Below are positions 11,721 to 22,500 of a stretch of DNA of 64,000 bases, in pieces. The stretch covers positions 9,610,001 to 9,674,000 of the forward strand of contig OZ059895.1 in NCBI GenBank assembly GCA_964057225.1, read 5' to 3'. Both the position numbers and the translations under genes were made by a program. The notes below the pieces were generated by a model that saw only the letters and a list, made by a program, of their open reading frames with translations, was not told the DNA's origin and did no database searches. Numbering within the stretch: the stretch's first letter is position 1; each line of letters begins with the position of its first letter. The stretch is from Auanema rhodensis. Taxonomy: Eukaryota > Animalia > Nematoda.

Positions 11721-12323
11721 ATGGCACTAGCAATATCATATGGATCCAGCTTAGCAACGCTACAGGCTACTTTACCAGAAAGAATAAAACCTGTAATCAA
11801 ACAAAGATTAAATCCTAACATGAACTCTGTTACTATAACAGCAGGAGCAGCCAGCAGCTTAATACTCAGCTACGAACATGCAAAAGAAGCTATAACTTGG
11901 AAAATGTTTGACTTTCTGTCACCAATATGGGAAAAGGTTCAAACCTGGACACTACGCGTACTTGCTATCATTGAATCAATTATCATAACAATTGGCACAA
12001 TCACACTCGCCACCTGGATAATAAAAATATACGCATGTAGTTCAAGGATACCCATCAACAATGTCAAATGGGAAACAGAATACTTACAACCACTATCAAC
12101 TGAAAACACAAGAACAGAAACATCTCATCCTTCTCCGTCCGCTCCATACCTCGACAACCATCACAACAGCTGTCAACTCACATTGTATGATCCTTCAGTA
12201 CCAATAGCTGAACATATTTATGAAGCTTATTTTCCCTACAAGCATGAAGAAAGAAAACATAAACTACATAGGAGGATCACAATTACCATTTGTCCCGATT
12301 TCAATCCACAATCACATTTTTAA
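11721..12323 (+). pseudogene. C-terminal part of a membrane-anchored, env-like ORF upstream of the protease
   Basis: Amphipathic WKMFDFLSPIWEKV followed by a long hydrophobic stretch VLAIIESIIITIGTITLATWIIKIYAC and a PSAPY-containing tail. The frame is open upstream toward the 11641 junction. Confidence 0.5.
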
Positions 12324-12867
12324 AGCACTATGGGATACGGAAGCATCAGCATCATACATGCGAGAATCCACCTTCAAACAACTGCCCGCTGCAGCGATGG
12401 TACTAAAACAAACAACAGCGATAGTCGCGAATAAATCTAAATTATCATTTATGGGATACACAAGGATCCTGATAACAATAGGAACAACAGAAACAGAACA
12501 CAAATTTTATGTAGCAGAAGATATCTACTGTCCAGCACCAGTGTTACTTGGAATAGACTTCATGGAAGCATTACACCAACAAGGAATTTACACCTCATTT
12601 CGACCGCTGGATAACACAATTGTTATCGGCACAACACATGTTCCACTAGCACGAGAAACATCTCCGTGGGAACACCAGACCTCGAAAGCATATGTGGTTA
12701 GTTTAGAAAACAAAACGCTAAGACCAGGAGGAACAAGAACGCTCACGCTAGAAGTATACGATCCAGAAAGCTATAAACAGGCGTTTCTAGATTGTAAGAA
12801 ACCAGGCAACAAACTTTCTTTTACGCCTACTATATTTACGCCCACTGGATACGGAGTACAAATTTAA
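12220..12867 (+). pseudogene. Retropepsin-like aspartic protease region
   Basis: ALWDTEASASYM (degenerate DTGA) and PVLLGIDFM. Confidence 0.85.
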
Positions 12868-13192
12868 ATGAATAAATAAAAAAAAATATCAAAGTATGCA
12901 AACAGCCATTCGAAATTCAAATAAATAAAAAAATAGGCTTAGCAGAAGCGATACCAAAGGACAAGTAAGAAAAATACGAAGGACAATACATACCTCCGGA
13001 AGCTCGATGGGAAGAACAACTGCCCTATTTCCCAGACAGTTCATTAATGAGCTTGACCTTTCAGAAGCCTGCTTCTTGCAAATCGAACAACAGCAACTGA
13101 AAGAAATAATGTTACTACATAAACAAGCATTTCTCAACGAAGAAAGAAATATCGGACTCTTCCTAGGACCAATTTAACACTCCATTCCAATT

Positions 13193-13840
13193 ATGCCAGG
13201 AAAAACACCAATATTCAAAATTACATATCGTATACCACTCTCTCAACAAGAGGAAGTGGAGAAACAAATAAAAGAAATGCTACAACAAAGAATCATTGAA
13301 CCATCGAACTCAATGAGAACTAGTCCAGTAATTTTGGTGAAGAAGAAAAACAAAACTTACAGATTTGTAACGGACTTTCGAGCTCTGAATGCAATCACTC
13401 AGAAACAAGTATATGTCATATCAAACATACAAGACATCCTAGATCTGGCCGCTGGAGAAAGGATCTTCAGCAACTTTGATTTAGCATCCGGATTTTTCCA
13501 AATACCTCTTAAGAAAGAAGATCGTCATCTTACAGCTTTCACAACAAGTGGAACTTACCAATATTGTGGAATGCCGATGGGATTATGTGGATCACCCCAT
13601 ACTTTTCAAAACGCAGTACGATACCTGCAATCAATTGTTAAATGCAAGCTATTCGTATATCTAGATGATTTACTATTAATCTCTAAATCTACGACAGCAC
13701 ATTTAAGAGATATCAAAGAAGTTTTGGAAGCAGTAACTCAAATAGGATTCAAAATAAAACTGAAGAAATGCGCATTCGCAAGAAAGGAAGTTAAATTTTT
13801 AGGATACATAGTTGGACAAGAAGGAATTAAACCGGACCCA
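13193..13840 (+). pseudogene. Gypsy reverse transcriptase
   Basis: SPVILVKKK, YRFVTDFRALN, DLASGFFQIP, MPMGL, YLDD, KFLGY..GIKPDP. Upstream stop codon near 13174. Confidence 0.93.
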
Positions 13841-15434
13841 CAGGTGTCTTGCTTGTGCGAAAAGAAAGAACAACCCTCACGAAGCAACTGTGGAACCAAC
13901 GAAAAATTTTCCAACATCAACAAAACCATGGCAAAGAGTACACATGGATATACTCGGACCATTGCCTAGGACAGAACAAGAAAACAGATATGTTCTTTCA
14001 ATCCAAGATTATTTTTCAAAATGGATAATCGCAATTCCGCTAATCAGACAAACATCAGGAGAAATTATATCGGCTATCGAAAAATATCTCTTCTATGTTT
14101 TTGGACCACCTGTCACTATCATCACAGACAATGGATCTAATTTTATTTCAAACGATTTCACCACTATGTGCAGTAATTTTGGAACTACACACCACACTAC
14201 TATGCCGTATTACAAAAACGCTAACGAACAAGTAGAAAGATTACATCGGACGATCGAAGAAGCATTAAGAGCCTACGTTAATGACGAACAAAACGATTGG
14301 GATAAGATACTTCCGAAGATTATTTTTACACTCAACAGATTACCAAACGCCACCACTAAAACATCACCATACGAATGTTTGTTTGGACAAGTAGCACGTC
14401 TACCCATTGACAAAAACTTGGAAACACCGGAAGAACAAAATATCACGGATCAGCTCAAAAACTTAAGAGATATTCAAGAAAAAGTCAAGGAAAATATTGC
14501 CACCAACGAAGAAAGAATGAAGCAGAAATACGATCAAACACATAGGACAAAAGAAAGAATATTAGATATAGGAGATCGAGTATTTGTACAAAGAGCGAAC
14601 CCAAGCAACAAATTACAAATACGAAGAGATGGACCTTACCGGATAGTGACAATTGAAGGAAACAACATCAGCATAACGGATCAAGATGGAAATATTATAA
14701 AAGCTCAGAAAAATAACATACATCATTTTCCATCAGACGATAATCTTATATCAACAAAAAATAATGAAGAAGAGGAAGAAGAAGACCAAGACATAGCGAA
14801 CAAAGAAGAAGAAGCAAGTTGGAATAATCTGGATGAATGGGAACAAACCAATAATACGGAAAATAACAACAACTGTTACCCAACAGGCAGTTCAGATACT
14901 CTCGAACAACTGTTACCTATCACTTGGAATAACAGAAGAGTAAACGAAGAAGAAATTGAACAAAATTCAGAAACACCTGACGACCTTGCTATAGCAAGAG
15001 GAATAACAAATTTTAATATACAATTAGAAGATGAATCGACAACAATCGACAGTATTCAAGAGGACCTCAGACAGCTGACACCTTTCTCTCAAAAAGAAAG
15101 TTCTTATGAAAACGATATAGAAGATAATAACGCAAAAACATACGAAAAGCTACAAGATCAATTCAAAAATAAAAACAGAAAGGAACTATTTGAGGACAGA
15201 AACAAAAACTCACCAGCAATCAGAAATTGGAACACTACACTTGCCGCAGCACTAGGAATAGGAAAGGAAAACTCACGCCCGTATCATGTTAAACTACAAT
15301 CCAAAAGAAAAACACAAGACGAAGAAATCAGAAATAATGGAGAATTGGAACTACAAGGAAAAGTGGATCAAAACAAAAAGCAGCAGAATAAATCTCCAAC
15401 GCAAAACAAAGGAGAACAAGTACGAAAATTTTAA
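13841..15434 (+). pseudogene. Gypsy integrase with long acidic/Asn-rich C-terminal tail
   Basis: C..C half of the zinc finger, PWQRVHMDILGPLP, ITDNGSNF, VERLHRT, SPY..LFG, DGPYRI. Confidence 0.92.
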
Positions 15435-15631
15435 TTAACTAACAAAAATCGTAGACATGTAAAAATAATTTTTTTTTTTCGTATAGTACATTAAACACAA
15501 GACATAGATCAAAACCACCGAAATTCTAATTTCTATCTTTTGATTTCAACAAATTGTAACAATCACTGCAAAAAAAAACTATATAAAGAGAAAATTTTGA
15601 TAGAGAAAATTCAAAAAGACTTTTTACTCAA

Positions 15632-15911
15632 AATGACCTCCTCTCTCGCCAACGTCACACTCTCTACATTCCTCGCAACTCCAACACCACTGGTCCCTCT
15701 AGCCACCACTATTGAACAAGAATGGATAGAGGTAGAAAACTTTTGTGAAGGTCTTCTACCTATCAACTGCATGCAGGTTAACTTAGGACGCATAATAAGC
15801 CTACAAACGAGCAAATTGGAGAAGAAGATACAGCACATCCTATTTATGATAGAATTATTAGAGAAGAAAACCAAAAGTTATGAAGAAAACGATCTAAAGG
15901 AGCTCCGCTAG
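15632..15911 (+). pseudogene. Possible 3' accessory ORF of the Gypsy element (degenerate, may extend to ~16278)
   Basis: ATG at 15632 and coding-like composition between integrase and the LTR-like region. No recognisable motif. Confidence 0.3.
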
Positions 15912-16294
15912 CATCAAAAGAATTGGACAGAATGATGCTCTCTCAGCCAGAAAAAAAACAGAATCCGACACATAATGCTGGGTACAACCCGCCAGAATGA
16001 AGACCACAGCTGACATCTACAAAGCAATGCCGACATGGACAACACAGATGACACAGCAACCTGTAGGAAATAACGAAACCAAAGAAGAAGCCTCATAGAT
16101 AGAGATAGGGCAAGACCTATCAGTAGTAATCACAAAACTACTAGCAAAACGGACTACCAACATGTCATCATCAAGAAGTAAGGTGAAAGCAGTTAGCCAA
16201 ACAATCAGAACAATGAAGCTGCTTGGACTTGCATCAATTACAAAAATGATCCAGGAAATAGACCAACTGGCGGATTAACGAGAACAGGGAAGGT

Positions 16295-16888
16295 TGAAAT
16301 CACTTTTAAATTCTATCTCTGTAAAAATTTTTTCCTTTATCAATAGTTTGTTTATCATTGAACAATTTGTTTCATGCCTATTTTTTAGAATTTTTTTTCT
16401 TTCTTCATTATTATCTGCATATAACAGCTGCGGTCAGCTGACTTGTATCCGTTGAAGCATGATACATACATGTCTCGAAGGAAAGCAGCTGACCATGGCA
16501 GCTGCTATTATAAAACTGATGCAAATAGTTTTTAAGACATTCTGAGAATATTCTAGATGAACTTTTTATAAGCTTTGTAACATTTTTGTGTAAACTGAGT
16601 AGGAGTTGTATGGATATATAAACCTGAGTCCTCAAGACTCAGGCATCTCATTATCTCATTTTCTCTTTATCTCATCATCATCTCTTTATATTCTCTTTCT
16701 TTTCTAGCTTAAATCTTTGTATAAGTATATTATAAAGCGAACAATAAACCTTTATATATTTTATCTCTTCTTTCTTATTTCCCCATACATTATACACTTA
16801 TATTTGAAATCAAACTCATCTTCTCATAGTCTGTTTGGATCTCTCAACTTGGAACCATTGAGAATCTGAATGAAACGTCCTCGTTACA
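16295..16888 (+). repeat. Candidate Gypsy 3' LTR
   Basis: Purine tract GAGAACAGGGAAGG at 16280-16293, TATATAAA near 16615, AATAAA at 16744, terminal TTACA at 16888. The 5' boundary is uncertain because there is no second copy. Confidence 0.5.
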
Positions 16889-16894
16889 GTTTTT

Positions 16895-17702
16895 TGGTAT
16901 GGTCGTAAGCGAAAATATCTGATATTCAATCGTTAACATACTTATCCCCGTTATAGTTTTTTTTCCAATTTCATGTTAGTTATGTAATTTTCTACCTTCC
17001 ATCTGGATCCCTCGATGATATCAAATTTTATGAGCTCCAAATACAATAAATTAAAAAAGGTTTCACAGTTGTATAGTGTTTAAACAATGTTTGTTTCGAT
17101 AGGAAATGGATAGAAACAGTAAAGTCAAGATGAAGGTTCATTATCTACTGGTTTATAACTGTAGTATAGAAATAAAATTGAAGATAATTTGCTTTCCTTT
17201 GGTTGAGCTATCTAAGTAAAAGTGCTTGAAAATTGAAAACATTTGTTACGGAAAAGATAAAATTGAAAATCAGCTGTATGGCGTACTTTCAACGTGGTAT
17301 GGTCGTAAGCGAAAATATATGATATTCAATCGTTAACATACTTATCCTTGTTATACTTTTTTTTCCAATTTCATGTTAGTTATGTAATTTTCCACGTTCC
17401 ATCTGGATCCCTCGATGATATCAAAAAGCTCCAAATACAATAAATTTTAAAAGGTTTCACAGTTGTATGGTGTTTAAGCAATGTTTGTTTCGATAAAAAA
17501 TAGATAGAAACAGTAAAGTTAAGATAAAGGTTCATTAACTACTGGTTTATAACTGTAATATAGAAATAAGATTGGAGATAATTTGCTGCCTTGGGTTGAG
17601 CTATATAAGTTAAAACTGCTTGAAAATTAAAAACATTTGTTACGGAAGAGATAAAATTGAAAATCAACCGCATGGCGACTTTCAACGTGTTATGATCGTT
17701 AA
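16895..17702 (-). repeat. Two diverged monomers of the 401-bp 5S-head satellite, reverse orientation
   Basis: Reverse complement matches the array monomer. 5S-head copies at 17702-17672 (degenerate), 17310-17278 (intact) and 16910-16895 (first 16 nt only). Confidence 0.93.
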
Positions 17703-17715
17703 AAAAATTTGAAAA

Positions 17716-17770
17716 GCTTATGGCACGCGGGATTCCCAAGCCGTCTCCGATCCAAGTACTAACCGGGCCC
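17716..17770 (-). rRNA. 5S rRNA 3' half (about nt 64-118), truncated by the BEL/Pao LTR
   Basis: Minus strand reads GGGCCCGGTTAGTACTTGGATCGGAGACGGCTTGGGAATCCCGCGTGCCATAAGC followed by TTTT (Pol III terminator). Matches nematode 5S including box C. Confidence 0.93.
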
Positions 17771-18099
17771 TGTCGTTTGACAACTGGACTTTTACCTCCA
17801 AGTATCAGTCCAAGTATGGAGTTGGTTCGTATGAGTGCGGTATTATGCGTTAAGGCAAGTTAAATGAAGAAAGGTTTATTCAACAAATGCAACAACAGTA
17901 AAGTGAACAAGTGGATTGATTTTAGAATTTCCTAGAAAATCCTAAAATCAATACAAAATTGGTGAGACATAAAATTTCAACCATTTGGTTCTCCCTTTTA
18001 TAGGGAGGCACCAGATGGTTAAAGGGAGTGGAGTTAATCCAAAAAATACAAACAAAACGTTACCGCAATAAAGTACGTATTTTCACGTTGACCGTGACA
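17771..18099 (-). repeat. BEL/Pao 3' LTR (329 bp)
   Basis: TGTCAC...CGACA on the minus strand, preceded by GCCGGGAA purine tract (18107-18100). TATAAAA near 18002 and AATAAA at 17880-17875. Four substitutions relative to the other LTR by eye. Confidence 0.93.
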
Positions 18100-18108
18100 T
18101 TCCCGGCA

Positions 18109-18570
18109 TTACGTATATCTTTTACGTTTGACGTCTCCACAGACCACCCCATGGTGAGTATAGGCCTTGCACTTATAGCAGAATATTTCGCACATTGCTG
18201 AATGTTTTGGGTTTAAACATTTTATGCATAGCCCCAATTCGTGTAAGCGTATGGTACGCTCTGGGGACGAGGGGTAAATCGGACAAGCAGCTGTACGATG
18301 GCCATCAGCTGTAGGCTTGTTGCAGAATATGCAGGAGGCTTTAGGAGCCGTCTGAACAGCTAAATTATCGAGCTTTAGATTCAGTGTGCTGTTGATGTTG
18401 TCCAGGCGCGCGGAAATGTGGTTGACAGCGCTGGCGAGGTTATCATAAAACCTTTTCTCTAGAACCATTAGCTGCCTTAGGTTGGCAGTGGTGTTGGGTA
18501 GATGAGAATAATTTTTGAGATCTTCCTCAAAGGAAGTGTTCTCACTTAAATTGGACTTTATTTCATCCAT
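18109..18570 (-). CDS. 3' accessory protein with coiled-coil and three Gag-type zinc knuckles
   Basis: CIFC-x7-H-x4-C, CIKC-x4-H-x3-C, CYKC-x4-H-x4-C. TTTTCTCAATTCAG acceptor 5 nt before the ATG. Stop lies just before the PPT. Confidence 0.8.
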   Translation of the reverse strand: MDEIKSNLSENTSFEEDLKNYSHLPNTTANLRQLMVLEKRFYDNLASAVNHISARLDNINSTLNLKLDNLAVQTAPKASCIFCNKPTADGHRTAACPIYPSSPERTIRLHELGLCIKCLNPKHSAMCEIFCYKCKAYTHHGVVCGDVKRKRYT

Positions 18571-19033
18571 TAGCACTGAATTGAGAAAAACAATGGTTTC
18601 CCTCTTTATATATTTGTTTGCATCTGTGGGTTGACCTATGATAAACGTCCCTTAGTTTATTGTAGAATAGTATGTGTTTACGGATACAATGTATAAAAAG
18701 CCTGTACAAAGGATTACTTCTTATGTATATTATTGGGATAAATAAACTTGATGTTATCAAAGATTGAAGATCTTGATAAAAAGATTTGTTTGTTTATAAC
18801 TGTTGCATTTGTTTCTATATGTAGTGATTTTCTTTTGTTTATATTATTTTATAACCTATTTTTGCTTTGTTCATATTTTTTACTACTGTACTACGTGTGA
18901 TTAGTAATTTACTTTTTATTGTATTCGTGAAGTTTTTGTACTTCCCTCTTGACATTTTCTATTGTTTTCTTTAGATTCAAAAAATTTTTTATTTTTATTT
19001 TTTTTTTTATTCTTATAGTTGTAATTGTTGCAG

Positions 19034-19457
19034 ATGTCACAATTACAGTATCAGGTTGAAGAGGAGATTGGAGAAGACGAGCTCGGTCCATATGAACTAT
19101 GCGAACGATGCAAGGCGCAGGACACTCATCGCATACGGGAGGGCCCGGTAAGCTTATTATTTTTTATTTTATTTTATTTATTTATTTATTTTTTTTTTTT
19201 TTTTTTTATCTCAGTATTGTTGCAGATGACAGACGATGAGCTTTATCCGGAGGATAGAGTCGAGCCAACTCGGGAGCAGCTCATCTACATGTTTCAGAGG
19301 ATGCCGTTGCCTCCCAACTGCAGATTCTGCAGGGCAAAGAACCCCCGCCACCACGAACGTGAGGAGGTAAGCTTATATATTTTAACTGTTAATGTAAGTA
19401 TTGTTGTAGATGTCAGACGATGATGGTGAGGGGTATCCAGATATTTCAAGTATATAG
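19034..19457 (+). CDS. Antisense three-exon gene inside the BEL/Pao element (100 aa, two CxxC...H units)
   Basis: Exons 19034-19147, 19226-19366 and 19410-19457. Both donors are G|GTAAGC, acceptors are TTGTTG(C/T)AG, all junctions are phase 0. TAG at 19455-19457 and AATAAA at 19506. Confidence 0.72.
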
Positions 19458-19549
19458 TGTTTTTGTTTTGTTTTTGTTTTTTTTAAACTGTTCTTATAGC
19501 TAATTAATAAAGTTTTTTTTTTTTTTATTACTACAGTAAGATTAGTGTT

Positions 19550-22500
19550 TTAATTTTTATTTGTGCTAGACTCAGCTCTGTGTCTAGGATTTCTGAGCAT
19601 TTTTCTCACTAATGATGTAATTATTCTCACAATTTTTATTATCTGAATTATTAGTTTTTGTATGCTTATGATTATTATAATGATTGTTTGTACTCCTATT
19701 ATATAAGATACTACTGGTATAAAAACAGTTATCAGGAGGAAGCATAATGACAATGCCCAATTTGTTTTAATTACATCCAAAATATTTCTCCAGGTGTTAG
19801 CATTTGTCACAATGTTGATGATTGTTTTTTCAACATCTGGGATTTCACTATCCCATTGTAATGTTCCTTGTATGATCACGTGGTGTTTTTCATTAGCACA
19901 TGTTACGAAGCATTCTTCATAGATTTCAGAATGCTCTGAGTAATATTCCACAGCAGTAAGTGGCATGTGTGGGGCGCATTCAATCATGTATATGTTCTCA
20001 CTACATTGCATTGTGATCCAAGAATCCTTTTGTGATATACACATAAACTCGGCAACAGCCGTTCTTCTACAGCTGTGACACCCGGAAAGTTTTTTAAATT
20101 CCGGTCGACAAGGAAAGTCGTACAGGAAGGTACGAGACGACACATTCCCTTGTAGTTGAAGAACAACAGTTGATTCATCAGTTTGAGGAATAAGTGTTAA
20201 TTTGTTTTCTTTCATGGTAATTAGGGTGTTCTTGGTGTTCATGGGTAATAAGTTTGCCTGATTGAAAATATTATCAGATGGACAGGTACATGTTAGCTCT
20301 TCCCTTTTTGATATTTTACAGTTACATAACTTCAGTATTTTACAAGAGTTAAATTCATTTGTAGTTTGATATTTGGTTTTGCATGCTACTTCACTCATAG
20401 TATGAGGTTCCATGTAATAACTATTTATGGTTGATAATGCATATTTGGTGTTTAAATATCGGGTTGGTGGTACAATATGGGAGATTAAGCTTATATTAAA
20501 GTTTGGAAAATTAACAGTGTCGTATGGTTTCAAAAGAATATTAATATTGGCTTTGTGTTTAAATAGATCATACTTTACCTCTAATGGTATATTTATTTCC
20601 CAAGAATCACATTCTACTATTTCATAAACTATTTCATTGATTGGTTTAAATTCAGTTTGATAGAATGAGCAACCGTCTTCTAGAGACCAACATCCGCAGA
20701 AAAGAGAGCCACATCGCCTAGCACAACCAACTTGTGTTGGTCCTTCTTCTTTATCAAATTCTTGTAATTGTCCAATAGGATTTATAGCTTCACAAGTGTG
20801 ATTACAAGATCCTGTTCCATAACAGGAATATTGAGTTTTGTATTGAATTGTGCTTTTTCGAGTATAATATAGCGTACTTTTCTGGCGAATGTATTCTGTT
20901 GGTTTTTTCGTTATTTCTATTTTACCGATAGATTTATTTTGGTAAATGAATTCTAAGCAAGCGTCTCTTATGCCTTTATTGAAATTGATTTCATTATCGT
21001 ATTCTTGATAACAATTTGTTCGATTAATGCAAATTATATTTATTGAATGCTTAATATGTGAGTTTGAACAAGATTCCACTGTTATTAATAATACCATGAG
21101 TGCTATCGATAATTGTAATGAAGTGAATGATGATGTTCTCATGTAATTTGGAATTTTAATAGTTTCTGGAATATCATTTTTCCATTTTGGAGTTACATTG
21201 TCAAATTTCGTGGTTACTGTGTTTTCCTTTTGTACGGCTACATCGTCTGAACTTGTTAATATTTTTGAATTAGGTTTTCCACTTCTAACTTCGGTTTGTA
21301 TCGTTTGCCAATTATCATTTAAAAATTTATACCAATATTGGTCATTTTTATGAGCTTTCAATACTCTTTTACAAATTGCTAATATAGCAAATAATAGTAT
21401 AATTGGTATGAAAAATGTTATTAAAGTCGTTAATGGATTACATTGTGGGAAATATAATGCTTCCGCTGTAAGCAATTCAGAGGATTGACATGTAGCCTCA
21501 ATCGTTGGAATTATTCCCAGAAGAGCTACTTTTGGAACATTTGTTTTCATTTTATTTTTCTTAAAATAACTTCTTACCGCTGCTTGACTACCCTGTGTTC
21601 TTGTTCTGAACCATCTATTTAGATTTGAAGGTTTAGATTTATTTTCGGTTTGAAGAGTTATCTCATTTGTTTGATCTTCCTCTTGTTCTAAGTTCGTATT
21701 ATTAGAATCATTTTCGTCTCCTGCGTCGTTGATGATATTCATGTTGGGTGTATAGATTTCGAGTGGTATTACGTTGTTACTTTGTTCACTTTCTTGAGTA
21801 TTTTCAATAATTTCAACATTTTCAACCCGATTTCCTTTTTGTATTACCGTCTCGGTGATTAAAACTGGATTCACTTGGTATTTTTTATTGTATCTCATTG
21901 AGTGAGGTTCTGACGCGAACGGTGCTGCTTCTGCGTTTCTCACTTCTAGTGGATATATGTGATTTAATGAACAAGTTGTTATGAGACCAGTGCCAGTTAT
22001 TAGTTTTGCAGATCTAACTTCCCCATCTGCACTTTTTATCAGTTCTATTATGCGTCCTAATTTCCATTTACCTCTACTTGAATCCTCATTTTGTATTATA
22101 ATAACTTCGCCTTCTTGTGGTTTCTTAGCGTTCGTTGCAGGTTGTTTTCTGTTGTGTTTGTAAATATCTCTAAGATAAAGTAAATACTCGGAATAGAATT
22201 TTTTCCAAAATAGTTGAGTTACATCGTTAGATAACTCTATTGCTTCAATGGCTTGCTCTATAGTTTGTATTGTCCTGCTATTGATAGTTTTATCATAAAT
22301 TCGGGTATTCGATACGTTTGAAGAAAGTGTAAACCTGATGGAATGGTTTAAAAAATCACAAGGTCTGATAGGCAAAATGTTCAGGTTGGATGGGTTCGGA
22401 TGTGTAAGCGGGCGAGTATTCAAAATTGTTTCGATTTTTACAATTATTGTATGTATATCATCAATTGACATTAATCTATTTCCAATTGTTTTATACAGTG

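Larger units (their letters stand above)
11641..16888 (+). mobile_element. Ty3/Gypsy LTR retrotransposon, 5'-truncated and internally deleted
   Basis: PR-RT-IN order with GPY motif. No 5' LTR, gag or RNase H visible. LTR-like 3' region ends ...GTTACA at 16888. Confidence 0.85.

Noticed and set aside
17771-19190. A single 1.4-kb LTR
   Set aside because: TG...CA boundaries, the PPT and the ORF stop define a 329-bp LTR. The additional match is better explained by a tandem copy.
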